Positions 39,961-50,572 of a DNA stretch of 64,000 nucleotides are shown here, in pieces (position 1 is the first letter of the stretch; every line of letters begins with the position of its first letter). The notes below the pieces were generated by a model. That model was not told where the DNA came from, did no database searches, and saw only the letters and a program-made list of their open reading frames with translations. Both the position numbers and the translations under genes were made by a program. Source of the stretch: Candidatus Bathyarchaeota archaeon (GTDB lineage Archaea > Thermoproteota > Bathyarchaeia > Bathyarchaeales > Bathycorpusculaceae); contig CAWHDT010000005.1 in assembly GCA_963828195.1 (NCBI GenBank), forward strand, positions 288,001 to 352,000, given 5' to 3'.

Positions 39961-41311
39961 ATCGCATGGCCTCCGCAGGTCTTGTTCTCGCTGCCTTCAA
40001 CGCGGGGTACAGGCTTCCAAGCGCACCCAACAAAACGGCAGCGCCTAACCCCGTCAACACAAACACAGGAGTTACAGGAACAGAGAAAACGTTAGGTCCA
40101 TTGCCAGTCAGAAAGGGCCTTGGTCCGGATGTAATTCTTTCTAGAACCATTGTTCCGTTCGCGTTCGTACCTATGCCTGCTCCGACCTGAGTCGGCGTTG
40201 GCAGCAGGAAACTGGCAAATGTCGGAACCACTAAGGCGCCGACTATTATAGCAATCACGGCAGCTATCACGCTAAGTATTGCACCTTCAAACATAAACTG
40301 CCCCAAAACGGATGCGTTGCTAGCTCCCATTGCTTTGAGTGTACCGATTTCTCTGGTTCGCTCTCGAACGCTGTAGAGCATTATAAACAGGATTATCGCG
40401 CCATCCGCGATGACGGCGATGGCGATTTCAACTATACCAGTAGTCTGGATTTGATTTAGGTTATTTTGGGCAGCTTGAGCCATGTCGTTTAATTGGCTTT
40501 GAAGGGGCGCAGCTGCATTTAGTTGGGATTCGCCGCTTGAAACTTGCATTTTCGGAAAATCGGCTTCGATTCGAGAGGTGATTGTGTTGACGTTATCGAC
40601 GTTGTCAGCGAAGATTTTGAAGTCTGACGCTTGGCCGGTAGTGTTTGTTATGGCTTGGGCGTCAGCTAAACTCATGACAGCGCCATAGTAACCGTCGTAA
40701 TGGCAAATACCTATTACTTTAAGGCTTCTTCCAGACAGGGTTATGGTTCCGCCTACAGTTACGTTAAATAGAGCTGCGTCTTTTTCATCTAAAACTACGA
40801 CGCCTGTGTCGCCAACTTGGAGGTTGCGTCCTTCGGTGATGTTAGCGGGTAAAAGGGATGGATCCATTTGGAAAGAGGCGTTGTTTACGGGTATACCCCA
40901 GACTAATCCATATTTGAGTTGCGGGTCGCTTTGTTCAAGCAATGGAATAACTGTGGTTACATCAGGAATAGAGCTTAATCCTGAGTAATCGGTGATGTTA
41001 ACAGTGATGTACTGGATAAATATCTGGGTACCGCTTATGTTTCCATAGGCTCCGTTTAGAAAGCTTCCAACGCTGAAGTTGGTTCCAAAGTTACCGTCAA
41101 TCTCTGTTGCCGCCAAGGTGACATCTGACTTCAGAATGTTTCCAGCCGAAACAAAATTGTTTATCATATTTTTAGTCGTGTTTTCTCGTGTATTGATGCT
41201 TGGCGGAAGAATGGTTATAAGTGTTAAGGCAAGGCTCATGGCAGCAATTACTATCGCAGCGCGGGTTTTTCGCCTAGATAAATTTTTAGCTGCTCTTGAA
41301 ACTATACCCAT
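39953..41311 (-). CDS. MacB/FtsX-family ABC permease (3 of 3)
   Basis: Same signature motifs as the two paralogs. Confidence 0.93.
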   Translation of the reverse strand: MGIVSRAAKNLSRRKTRAAIVIAAMSLALTLITILPPSINTRENTTKNMINNFVSAGNILKSDVTLAATEIDGNFGTNFSVGSFLNGAYGNISGTQIFIQYITVNITDYSGLSSIPDVTTVIPLLEQSDPQLKYGLVWGIPVNNASFQMDPSLLPANITEGRNLQVGDTGVVVLDEKDAALFNVTVGGTITLSGRSLKVIGICHYDGYYGAVMSLADAQAITNTTGQASDFKIFADNVDNVNTITSRIEADFPKMQVSSGESQLNAAAPLQSQLNDMAQAAQNNLNQIQTTGIVEIAIAVIADGAIILFIMLYSVRERTREIGTLKAMGASNASVLGQFMFEGAILSVIAAVIAIIVGALVVPTFASFLLPTPTQVGAGIGTNANGTMVLERITSGPRPFLTGNGPNVFSVPVTPVFVLTGLGAAVLLGALGSLYPALKAARTRPAEAMRYE

Positions 41312-41678
41312 TTAATTTATCTCCTGACACCCATTAAAGAACACGTTTGAAAAGTAGCTAATAATTCTCCCCGCAGAACACTTTTGTTCCTGAACTGTTC
41401 TCCAAAAGAACAGCGGTAAAAACCAACGGTTCAGTTACCAGATAGTTGTTAACTATTAAAGATACATTTTCTCTAAGTGCTTGCTTTGAATGCGAGATGT
41501 TCTTCTCCATGGATATTTTTATGAAATGTGTCTTTGTTATTTTTATTCGTTGTATAACCGGGATACTATAATGATGAGCTATTTTGGAGCTGTTCTTCTT
41601 GAGAACACTTTGGAACGTCTGTGTTCTTGAGAGAGAATTATTAGGCGCCAAGCTGATTAGCAAAGCAGTGAAAAACCA

Positions 41679-42533
41679 ATGATCGAAAAAAAACTGATAC
41701 TATGCGCAATACTCGCCATAACAATCGGCATAGCGGCAATCGTACCAACTGAATACTTGATGGCTGCCCAAGCCCAAGAATCCACTCAACAACCAAACGC
41801 CCCAGCAACAAATATACAAGTACCCAATGTCGAGCCTATGTCGGATGTTAATATCACATATGCTTATTGTAATTATGACATAACTTTCTCAAACGACACA
41901 ATGGCACTTTACGGAGCTGAAATTGAAATAGTTGTAAATTTCACTTTGAATCCTAACGCCCTAGCAGGTGCGGACGCTCAGATAGAATATTACAACTTCG
42001 CTATCTCCTCAGACCAAGGACCAATCATCAACCTCGGATACTACTTAGCGTTAGCTTCCAACCAAAACATCATAACTGGTATCGGGGGGCCTAACGGAAC
42101 GATCAACTTCGCGAGCGGTCTAAACTTTAATGCACCCACCTTAGGTCAAAACATAAACTACGGCAGCGGCGGGCAAGAGATAAATCTCGATGTATATAGC
42201 CCCACCTACACCATGGGATATGTCAGCAACAACATACTGGGATCTGACCCTAACAATCTACCGCAAGCTGCAACTGAGTTAGGAAACGCCACAACGCTAT
42301 ACATTGATGTATCTAAAATTTGCACCGTCACAGTCAGCGGCAATGTCACCGTTACCACACCGGCAAGCAATCAAGTCCTACAACACGTTGAGTTAACAAA
42401 TGTAGGCAGTGGGCTCGGATTTGTATATGGAACCTATGCAGAAGGAACCCTGCCGCTTCCAATAGATGGACCAACAGCAGGAGTAACTCCAAATAGCGGA
42501 GAAACAGGCAACAATACCCCATCAAGTCCATAG
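41679..42533 (+). CDS. Secreted/membrane-anchored hypothetical protein
   Basis: Signal/TM N-terminus, N/T/S-rich beta content. Confidence 0.8.
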   Translation: MIEKKLILCAILAITIGIAAIVPTEYLMAAQAQESTQQPNAPATNIQVPNVEPMSDVNITYAYCNYDITFSNDTMALYGAEIEIVVNFTLNPNALAGADAQIEYYNFAISSDQGPIINLGYYLALASNQNIITGIGGPNGTINFASGLNFNAPTLGQNINYGSGGQEINLDVYSPTYTMGYVSNNILGSDPNNLPQAATELGNATTLYIDVSKICTVTVSGNVTVTTPASNQVLQHVELTNVGSGLGFVYGTYAEGTLPLPIDGPTAGVTPNSGETGNNTPSSP

Positions 42534-42545
42534 GTTGCAGCCAAC

Positions 42546-42998
42546 ATGGCTAACGATGAACTCGAAGGCAACACCCTAAACGTCTACGCATACATAGTGC
42601 ACGTTGCAAAGCCAGTGGGAACCAGAGACGTCACAAGAGGCGCAGGCTTAAGCAGCACAAGCGTCGCATTCAGGCACCTGCAGAAACTTGAAGACATGGG
42701 TTTAATCGAGAAAAACAGTTATGGCGACTACATCTTAAAGGAGAAAACAAACATCAACGGGCACGTCTGGGTCGGCAAAAACCTTGTGCCGCGGTTGATG
42801 TTTTACTCCTTCTTTTTTCTTGGCGCTTTCGCAGCCGAGATAACAATTATAATGTTAAGCTTTCTAATAAAAGGTATTGCGATCCAAGTTAGTTTTCTTT
42901 TCTTAACAGGCATGACGGCGGTAGCGATGAGTCTATTCCTAATCGAAGGAATATTACTCTACAGAAAACTTAATCCAAACCATAGAAGCAACGATTAA
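42546..42998 (+). CDS. Membrane-anchored winged-HTH regulator
   Basis: GTRDVTRGAGLSSTSVAFRHLQKLEDMGLIEK plus two C-terminal TMs. Confidence 0.85.
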   Translation: MANDELEGNTLNVYAYIVHVAKPVGTRDVTRGAGLSSTSVAFRHLQKLEDMGLIEKNSYGDYILKEKTNINGHVWVGKNLVPRLMFYSFFFLGAFAAEITIIMLSFLIKGIAIQVSFLFLTGMTAVAMSLFLIEGILLYRKLNPNHRSND

Positions 42999-43519
42999 AC
43001 TTCTGATTGTTTTTGATGATATATTCTGCTGTGAATGTACAGTGAGGCGGCTCCGGTTATTAGTGCTAATAGGCTTCCGATAAAAAGTGGGAACACAAGC
43101 AGGTTTCCGTAGGTTGCGATTTCTTGCTGCCATGGCCAAGGGTACCCTTGATTGAATAGAGGCCACGCCCCAATTACCTGGTAGGTGAATCCGAGGGCTG
43201 TCACTATTATTGCGGCGTGTTCTTTGTTGTCGGCTCTTTCGGGTTGGATGTCTCTTATGCAGTAAATAGAGAGCATCAGTGTTCCGATTAGGCTGGTTAC
43301 GAGAAGCAGGGGAATAGTGAACTTCCATTGTGGCATGAAAAAAACGAAAACTCTCAAGTTAAGATTCGGGCTGGGCAACAGGCTGTACATGCTTGGGATA
43401 ACAAACCATAAATCTGCCACTCCAAAGAAAACCAGCAGCAAACCGATTGGAAATTGGTGGCGTTTGACAAAATTGGCGACTGCGTAAAGCTGATTTGTTT
43501 GATCCAGAGTTTGATTCAC
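42995..43519 (-). CDS. Membrane protein (about 4 TM)
   Basis: Hydrophobic ORF convergent with the wHTH gene. Confidence 0.75.
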   Translation of the reverse strand: MNQTLDQTNQLYAVANFVKRHQFPIGLLLVFFGVADLWFVIPSMYSLLPSPNLNLRVFVFFMPQWKFTIPLLLVTSLIGTLMLSIYCIRDIQPERADNKEHAAIIVTALGFTYQVIGAWPLFNQGYPWPWQQEIATYGNLLVFPLFIGSLLALITGAASLYIHSRIYHQKQSEV

Positions 43520-43549
43520 CCATACGTAATATCTATCTGAATTTGTTGG

Positions 43550-43626
43550 TGGTGGGCCCGAGGAGATTTGAACTCCTGACCAACAGATTATGAGTCTGGC
43601 GCTCTACCTAACTGAGCTACGGGCCC
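43550..43626 (-). tRNA. tRNA with CAT anticodon, probably tRNA-Ile2
   Basis: GGGCCCG acceptor typical of archaeal Ile tRNAs, loop CT-CAT-AA, T arm AGGAG-TTCAAAT-CTCCT, encoded CCA. Confidence 0.9.
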
Positions 43627-43705
43627 ACATCGAGGTTCTGTCTAATATTGCTGTTTCAAACAACATTTAAACATTTTCCGCATTTCCACAAAGCAACTGC
43701 AAGAT

Positions 43706-44566
43706 TCACCGCTGTGTTCTTTCGTAATGAAAAAGGTATTCTTGAGCGTAACCCGCGTATTGTCCAAAGTAGCTTCTTCCGAAAGCGTTGAGTTTTTCGT
43801 ATTCACTATTAGTTAGGGAATCATTGGTTGACAGCTTTTTCACAAGAATTTCGGGAAGCAGATTTGAATAATGATTTAGAATTACACGTTTAACCCAAAC
43901 GTCCACGGGGAAAGCCTCGGTTTTTTCGAGAGAAAAAAGAAGAACGCAATCCGCCACTTTGAACCCAACGCCTGGAAACTCCACCAGCATCTTCTTGGCT
44001 TCCAGATAGGGCAGGTTTTTCAAACGTTCAAGGTCAATTTTTTCTTCAAATATTTTTTTGGCTGTTGCCTGAACATACTTTGCTCTATAGCCTAAGCCGC
44101 ATTCGCGCAATCCGTTCTCGCTTGCCAAAGCCAGCTTCTCAGGGGACGGAAAAATGTAAAAGTCTTTTTCGTCAAAAACCCGCTTTTCACCATATTTCGC
44201 CGAAATTTTGCTGAGCATCTGCTCGATTGCCGCTATGCTCTTGTAGGTTGCGCAGATGAAGCTGATGAGGCACTCCCAAGAGTCCTGCTGAACAAGCCTT
44301 AGCCCCTTAAACCTGCGTAGGGCAGCCTTAATGTAATCATCCTTGGCGATACAGCGGCTGATCTGCGCTAAATCATCATTCAAACCAAAATAGTGCCTAA
44401 CGAATTCTTCGCCAACACCGTCAAAATCCAACCTGTCACCACATTGCCGAATCTTAAAAATTTTGTCGCGACTAACCCCGTACCACCAGTCGCCGATTTT
44501 TTTACATCTAAAAACTTGCCCGCAGCAAAGAGAAAAATCCAGATCAAAAGGAACATCCAGCTTCAT
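43706..44566 (-). CDS. 8-oxoguanine DNA glycosylase (Ogg1-type HhH-GPD)
   Basis: CGQVFR, WECLISFI, GLGYRAKY, PGVGFKVADC, FPVDVW, YAGYAQEYLF. Confidence 0.92.
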   Translation of the reverse strand: MKLDVPFDLDFSLCCGQVFRCKKIGDWWYGVSRDKIFKIRQCGDRLDFDGVGEEFVRHYFGLNDDLAQISRCIAKDDYIKAALRRFKGLRLVQQDSWECLISFICATYKSIAAIEQMLSKISAKYGEKRVFDEKDFYIFPSPEKLALASENGLRECGLGYRAKYVQATAKKIFEEKIDLERLKNLPYLEAKKMLVEFPGVGFKVADCVLLFSLEKTEAFPVDVWVKRVILNHYSNLLPEILVKKLSTNDSLTNSEYEKLNAFGRSYFGQYAGYAQEYLFHYERTQR

Positions 44567-44568
44567 GC

Positions 44569-46701
44569 TTACTGCTCCATGAATTTCTCGGGTTTAGGGA
44601 TTTCGGGCGATAGGCCTTTGCGTTGACGTAAATCCGTGATGACTTGCGTGGCAAGTTTAGGCGGCAGTTTTTCCCAGTGGTCAAAAAAAGATTGCCAAAA
44701 AGCCCGCCCAGATGTGGCAGAGCGAAGTTCTTTTGAGAACCCGAAGGTTTCAGCGACGGGGATAAAGCCGCTGATGGTTGTTAGAAGTCCTTTCTGCTCA
44801 AACGCTGTGACTTTTCCACGTCGGCTGCCAAGTATTCTTGTGGATTCGCCTGTTAATTCAGATGCGACAACTATGATTATTTTGTAAATTGGCTCCAGCA
44901 AAACTGGCTGCGCCGTCAAGAAAGAACCGAAAACTGCCTTGCCTACCCCCCGCATCACCTCAACCGAGCTGAACTCCTCGCCGCTGCTCAGCTGGAAATC
45001 TACCAAGTTTACTTTCAAATGCCGCACTGGTTCGCCGCACAAGGGGCCAGCTTTGCAGGCAAACTCGAAGCCGCCGATGATCGCCTCCAGAGCCTCTTCT
45101 GAAACCTGCTGCGTTTTTCCGCCGCAGTCTAAAAGCACATTTCGATGCTCGTCAACTGAAAGGATGCCCTCTGCCGCTTCTGCCTCAGACGGTTGAGGTT
45201 GTTCTTCCTGCTCGGGCTCAACCTGCACCCAAAAACTGTTTTGTTTATTTGGGCTCTTCGCTAAAGCCACAACGCCTTTTTTCTCGACACTTTCCATGTA
45301 AACAACTCTGGGCGAAGAAACCCCCACTTCTAAGCCGCTGGAAGTTTTTAACTGGTTAATAGCGACTTCCAGATGCAACTCACCCATCCCGCTCAGCAGA
45401 TACTCGCCCGTCTGGGGGTCTGCCATCACCTTAAGATTCGGGTCTTCACTCGCCAGTTTCTCTAAGCCCTCAAGCAAAACGGGGATGTCATGGGGGTTTT
45501 TCGGTTCAACAGCCAAGGTAACAACAGGCTCAGAAACGTAGCTTATGCCTTCAAAAGGAACCATGTTGGCTTTATGTTCAAGGTCGACAAGGGTTTCGCC
45601 AGCCTTTACCTTGCCCATCAAAGTTAAAGATGCCAGGTTGCCTGCGGGAACCCAGCTTACTTCCTCTCTGAACGAACCCATATCGATGGCGGCTTGGTTC
45701 ACAACTGTTTCAGCTAAAGCATCCACCAGATGCAAGCGGTCACCTTTCTGCAGTTTGCCCGAAAACAATCTGCCAGTAGCAACGGTTCCGCCGCTTAAAT
45801 CTGAATGCATGTTGGCGACGTAGAAAACAGCTGGTCCCTCATCGCCGCATTCAAGCAACGCTTTGCCAATCGCCGATTCAACGTGTCCATCCCAAACCTT
45901 CGCAATCCTATACGCTTGTGCCTCTCTTGGGTTTGGAAGCTTCCTAATCGCCATCTCAAAAACCGCCTCGTAAACAGGCAAAGCTTCGCCCAGCTTCTTA
46001 TCGTAGCCCTTTAAGTGGGCTTCTATGATGTCTGAAAACTTTGTGCCTCTCGCCTTTGCCATGTCTAACGTGAAGCCCCAACCGTGAAGCGCTGCTCCGA
46101 AAGCCACGTTGCCTGATGATGCTTCGATTTTCCATTGGTTTTTGAATGGTTCTTCGCAGTAGAGTTCGATGAGGTCGTTGAAGCTGCTGATTATGTGGTT
46201 TAGTTTTTTTTGGATTTGCTCTTCGCCCAGATGCAGTTCAGTGATGAGGCGGTCAAGCTTGTTGATGAAGAGCACCGGTCTGACCCGTTCCTCAAGGGCT
46301 TGCCGAGTGACAATTTCGGTTTGAGCCATAATTTCCTCTACAGCATCCACGACCACGACGGCGCCGTCGATGACGCGCAGGGCTCGGGTGACTTTGCCGG
46401 TGAAATCCACGTGTCCCGGAGTATCCACGAGGTTTATGATGTAGGGGTTTTCGGCGGTTTTGTAGAGCAGGCTGATGTTGGCTGTTTTTATGGTGATTTT
46501 GCGTTTTTGCTCTTCGTCAAGATAATCAAGCACGCGGGCGGTTCCAGCCATCGCCGTTGAAAGCAAGCCTGTGCCCGCCAGAAGGGAGTCGGCAAGAGTG
46601 GTTTTGCCGTGGTCAATATGGGCGATTATGCCTATGTTTCGGATAAGCTCTTTTCTGCTCATAAGCTGTTGAATCTGCGCTATCTGCTTGAATCTCGGCA
46701 T
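44569..46701 (-). CDS. Elongation factor 2 paralog (aEF-2p), no diphthamide motif
   Basis: AHIDHGKTT, DTPGHVDF, NKLD, GMGELHL, LRSATSGRA; the HRG loop is replaced by SSGEEFSS. Confidence 0.9.
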   Translation of the reverse strand: MPRFKQIAQIQQLMSRKELIRNIGIIAHIDHGKTTLADSLLAGTGLLSTAMAGTARVLDYLDEEQKRKITIKTANISLLYKTAENPYIINLVDTPGHVDFTGKVTRALRVIDGAVVVVDAVEEIMAQTEIVTRQALEERVRPVLFINKLDRLITELHLGEEQIQKKLNHIISSFNDLIELYCEEPFKNQWKIEASSGNVAFGAALHGWGFTLDMAKARGTKFSDIIEAHLKGYDKKLGEALPVYEAVFEMAIRKLPNPREAQAYRIAKVWDGHVESAIGKALLECGDEGPAVFYVANMHSDLSGGTVATGRLFSGKLQKGDRLHLVDALAETVVNQAAIDMGSFREEVSWVPAGNLASLTLMGKVKAGETLVDLEHKANMVPFEGISYVSEPVVTLAVEPKNPHDIPVLLEGLEKLASEDPNLKVMADPQTGEYLLSGMGELHLEVAINQLKTSSGLEVGVSSPRVVYMESVEKKGVVALAKSPNKQNSFWVQVEPEQEEQPQPSEAEAAEGILSVDEHRNVLLDCGGKTQQVSEEALEAIIGGFEFACKAGPLCGEPVRHLKVNLVDFQLSSGEEFSSVEVMRGVGKAVFGSFLTAQPVLLEPIYKIIIVVASELTGESTRILGSRRGKVTAFEQKGLLTTISGFIPVAETFGFSKELRSATSGRAFWQSFFDHWEKLPPKLATQVITDLRQRKGLSPEIPKPEKFMEQ

Positions 46702-47204
46702 AGCTAACACACAAACAGAATCCCAAATACGTCGTCGCCCTATTAAATTTATAATTCTTTTTTTCCTTTGATGTAGCAACTTTTCTTAGTTAAATGTATT
46801 AAAATCTAGTTATGGAATTTTTGAACTAAAATTTAGTTAACGCAGTGAATCCGCTTACGTAAAATTGCAATAAAAGCAAAAATAAAATGTTTTTTGTTGT
46901 TGTATCTAGCAAACCACATAGGAATATTAACACTTTTGAGAGTCATTAATTAGCAACAGTATAGCCTGCGATATTCCAGCATGTTATGATTGTTAACTGC
47001 AGGCAGACTAGTTGGCGTGGAGAAATGATTTTTGAATCAAATTAAAGTTGCTGTTAAACAAACTTACGAAACTGTCGATGCAATAATATTTGAAGCAGCC
47101 TTAACGCTAAACGCGATAGAAACCAAATACAAACAAAAAGAATATGTCAGTTGACTTCGCCGCCAAACAGCTTTGACTTGCAACAATGAAAATTTGGTAA
47201 TGCA

Positions 47205-47441
47205 TTATTTTATTATTGTTTGCACTCTGCCGACTTTACCATCGGTAAGCCGCACTTTGATTCCGTGGGGATGAGTTGAGCTATTAGTGAGAATATCTTT
47301 CACTGTGCCCTCGGTTAATTTGCCGCTCCGTTGATCTTGCTTCAAGACGATTTTTACGCGGATGCCCGGTTTGATTTGGCTTCTTTGTTGATTAGGTTCC
47401 ACCCATGCTCTGGACGCTTTGCGGCTTAAGTGCATTCGCAT
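47205..47441 (-). CDS. YwbE family protein
   Basis: KQDQRSGKLTEG, HPHGIKVRL, VGRV; real start probably about 47402. Confidence 0.9.
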   Translation of the reverse strand: MRMHLSRKASRAWVEPNQQRSQIKPGIRVKIVLKQDQRSGKLTEGTVKDILTNSSTHPHGIKVRLTDGKVGRVQTIIK

Positions 47442-47466
47442 GTAATAATCAAAAAGTGTTGGAATA

Positions 47467-47931
47467 CTACGTGAGTTCCTGCCCTATTTTTTGACCGTAC
47501 TCGTAGCACGCGGACAATTTGCCTGCGTCTACATCTTTGGATTCAAGAGTTATTCCAGGAACCATCTTCATCTTTAGCGCAACCCCAAACGCAAGCTCCA
47601 TCATTCTGACGCACTCTTTTCCATCACTGTACCCCCCGCTGGATGTGAAGCATCCACACACTTTGCCCTTAAGCGAATGCCCCTCTGAGTAGAAAGCCAG
47701 TATGGTTTCATCCATAAACCTCTTGAGCTGCCACGCAATATTGCTGTAACACGTGGGTGAACCAATAGCTAAACCATCAGCTTCAGCTAAGTCGTTTTGC
47801 GTGCAGTCAGCAGCCTTCTTCAGAACCGCATTTGCACCCGCTGCCTCAGCGCCTTTTGCAATCTGAGAAGCCATTTTCTCCGTTCTGCCCGTATCAGAAT
47901 AATAAATGATGAGAAGAGTTTTCGCCAACAC
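47467..47931 (-). CDS. Flavodoxin/WrbA-like protein
   Basis: YYSDTGRTEKMA, IGSPT. Confidence 0.88.
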   Translation of the reverse strand: MLAKTLLIIYYSDTGRTEKMASQIAKGAEAAGANAVLKKAADCTQNDLAEADGLAIGSPTCYSNIAWQLKRFMDETILAFYSEGHSLKGKVCGCFTSSGGYSDGKECVRMMELAFGVALKMKMVPGITLESKDVDAGKLSACYEYGQKIGQELT

Positions 47932-48041
47932 AACGCACCTCTACAAACTTAAATTCAAAGATAACAAGATAATAGCTTTTCCTCTTAGGCGCTAAATTAT
48001 TAACTTCCCCACTCAGTAATCATCCCCGGAGGAAACTTCAG

Positions 48042-48812
48042 ATGCAAAAGCCGCCGATAACAGTCCCAGTGGACCAGCTAAATCAGGAGCCCTTCGCTTC
48101 AGTCATGTGTTTCCCAAAGCCCAGCGAAGCTGAACTGCAAAGCCGCATTGAGGAACTGCGCAGCCACGGCGTCACGGCGCTTGAGTTTTCGGGGGCAGCC
48201 AGCCTCTTCGGCGTTGCGGTTCCAGTTTTAGGCAAGGGCTTCGTCGGCATCGTAGTAGTCGCGCATCTGAATGAGAAGCGGGTGGCGGTTAAAATCCGAA
48301 GGGCAGACGCAGACCGAGCCGACTTGCTTCACGAAGCTCATATGTTGTCGGTGGCGAACTCTGCTGATGTGGCTCCAAAATTGATTGCTGCAAGCAAAAA
48401 TTTCCTTCTTATGCATCTCATTGACGGCGACCTGCTTCCAAACTGGCTCAAAACAAACAAAGATAAAGCAGCGGTGAAGCTGGTTTTGGGGCAAGTTTTG
48501 GAACAGTGCTTTAGACTCGACCACGCGGGTTTGGATCATGGCGAGCTGAGCAAGGCGCCGAAACATTTGCTTGTTGACAAAGCGGGGAAGGTTTTCATTG
48601 TGGATTTTGAAACTGCCAGCATCGAGCGGAGAACGGCGAATGTCACGGCGGTTTGCCAGTACCTTTTTGCTGGAAACAGCTCTGCTTCGAAGATTTTGGC
48701 TGAAATTTTCGGGGAAAGGAACAGATTGGAAATGATCGGTGCGTTGAAGGCGTACAAGAAAAACAGAACAAGAGAGCATTTTGTGGGTTTGCTTGAGTTT
48801 TGCCTTTCTTAG
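48042..48812 (+). CDS. Atypical Ser/Thr protein kinase (RIO/Bud32-like fold)
   Basis: LGKGFVGIV, VAVK, DHGELS, IVDFE. Confidence 0.85.
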   Translation: MQKPPITVPVDQLNQEPFASVMCFPKPSEAELQSRIEELRSHGVTALEFSGAASLFGVAVPVLGKGFVGIVVVAHLNEKRVAVKIRRADADRADLLHEAHMLSVANSADVAPKLIAASKNFLLMHLIDGDLLPNWLKTNKDKAAVKLVLGQVLEQCFRLDHAGLDHGELSKAPKHLLVDKAGKVFIVDFETASIERRTANVTAVCQYLFAGNSSASKILAEIFGERNRLEMIGALKAYKKNRTREHFVGLLEFCLS

Positions 48813-48862
48813 TAAAAAGTATTTTTAAATTTAGGACACTGCATTATTTTTGAGGGTTTCAA

Positions 48863-49096
48863 ATGAGCGTTGATGTCGGAAGAGTAATGGATGAAGTTGA
48901 GGCGAAATACGGTTTGAAGCTGCCACGCACAGTGATAACGATAGATTACGACGAGGACATTGGCGACCTCTACATACGATTCAAAAACGCTGACGTCACC
49001 GAAGGCGAACCAACAAGCGACGGGAAAACGATTGTTCATTACGACAAAAAAGGCAAAATAGCCGCGGTCGAAATTATGGATATAACAACAGTATAA
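48863..49096 (+). CDS. DUF2283 protein (putative antitoxin)
   Basis: YDEDIGDLYIRF...YDKKGKIAAVEI. Confidence 0.85.
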   Translation: MSVDVGRVMDEVEAKYGLKLPRTVITIDYDEDIGDLYIRFKNADVTEGEPTSDGKTIVHYDKKGKIAAVEIMDITTV

Positions 49097-49344
49097 CCTG
49101 AAGCTCATCCAAAATGTTCTACGTTCTTCTTGCGCTTTTATGCATATACTGCAAAATCTTCAGGCAATTATTTTAAGATACCTCATTCTTCTTTTTTGGC
49201 AATAACAGCCTTAACATTAAAAGAAAGACGAAGACCGAGGATAATATCAACTTAGTTTTGTGGCTCCTTTAAGCACTGTTTTTCCTAGTGCAAACGCTTA
49301 AAACGATCTTAGTTTATACAAACGTAATAAGGGGTTTGGGAAAC

Positions 49345-50397
49345 ATGTCTGCCGTCGGCATTGATTCTGTAAAAATTGAACTGGGTAATCCGCCTAACGT
49401 TTTTGAGGGTCTATTGGGAATCGCTGTTACCTGCAAAGATGAAAACAAGTTTATTGAAACTTACAAAACTTGCATGCCTAAGGCTCTAGAGAACGCAGGG
49501 GCAAAATCTAGCCGCATAGTCCTTAAAGCATATGACATATCTAAGCTAGCACCAACACTGGAAAACAAAGTAATTATCCCTTTAATAGACTGCTTAAATG
49601 GTGAAATAGAGCGAATAGACATTTACTACACTAGATATAATGCTAACAAATTACCAACAATAACGGTATACGGCAAGGAGCAACCAACTACCAAAAATCC
49701 AGTAGAGTTTCTCCGTTTAATTTCAAACGCCTACCCTCATTATGTCAGTTACTACTACATAACCCAATATACTTCTGCAAATGTTTCGAGAATGTACCTA
49801 GATCATTTTGATTCTTGCTTGACACCCTGTTGGGAAACTTTATCGCATTTCAACGGATTAAAAATAATATACAAGGGAGGAAACTGCAATTCCTTAGTAT
49901 CTATTGCGGATATTCTTCTCAGGGTCACAATTATGGAATTAAAAGCAAAACATGAAGATTTCAGATCTGACGGATTAGCACGCATACATTCGCCCTTTTC
50001 GTGGTCCAAAAAAGTATCCGTCCATGAATTAGGCGGCAGTACCGCCATATTAAAAACCATGACACCAATAAGTAGAAGGCCGATTGACCTAACAAATTTT
50101 CTTTCAAGGCCACTAGTTTTTATTCCAGTTGAAAGTTTAGCTGGAATGCAGATTAAAGAAGAAAGAGATATGTTCGAAGAATTGCCAATTTTTGATGATT
50201 TGTCAAACTTTCTGTTCCAAACTAAAGGGAGTTTTAAGTACTTTAGACCCGATTCTGATGTTAAGATAATAAAAAATGGAGACTATTTCCTAGTTATTGG
50301 ACCAAATAGCGAAACTCTATTCAAATACCTAAAAGCTTGTGGAACCACTCTCACTAAAATTACACCTGACGAATTAAAAGAAAAAGCTTCTTCCTAA
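49345..50397 (+). CDS. AT-rich hypothetical protein with possible RNase H-like fold
   Basis: N-terminal VGIDS, YLDHF and SIADIL could form an acidic triad. Confidence 0.7.
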   Translation: MSAVGIDSVKIELGNPPNVFEGLLGIAVTCKDENKFIETYKTCMPKALENAGAKSSRIVLKAYDISKLAPTLENKVIIPLIDCLNGEIERIDIYYTRYNANKLPTITVYGKEQPTTKNPVEFLRLISNAYPHYVSYYYITQYTSANVSRMYLDHFDSCLTPCWETLSHFNGLKIIYKGGNCNSLVSIADILLRVTIMELKAKHEDFRSDGLARIHSPFSWSKKVSVHELGGSTAILKTMTPISRRPIDLTNFLSRPLVFIPVESLAGMQIKEERDMFEELPIFDDLSNFLFQTKGSFKYFRPDSDVKIIKNGDYFLVIGPNSETLFKYLKACGTTLTKITPDELKEKASS

Positions 50398-50572
50398 ATA
50401 TTCATCAATTAAGACACGAAACACGCCCTTTGGTCTAAGGACATGTTCAATTACCTTAAAAATCTCAACTATCTAATATATTTTTTGTATCTATCTTTCA
50501 TAAATAAAATTAATGCCTTTTAGCTTAAACTTGATGATCTCTATTTTTGTGAAAGAGACTACGACACTATAA

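Noticed and set aside
43547-43552. Encoded CCACCA after the tRNA(CAT)
   Set aside because: Likely a chance trailer removed by 3' processing; the acceptor stem is fully paired
47032-47154. 40-aa TTG-start ORF after a GGAG
   Set aside because: No recognisable motif; cannot be supported without homologs
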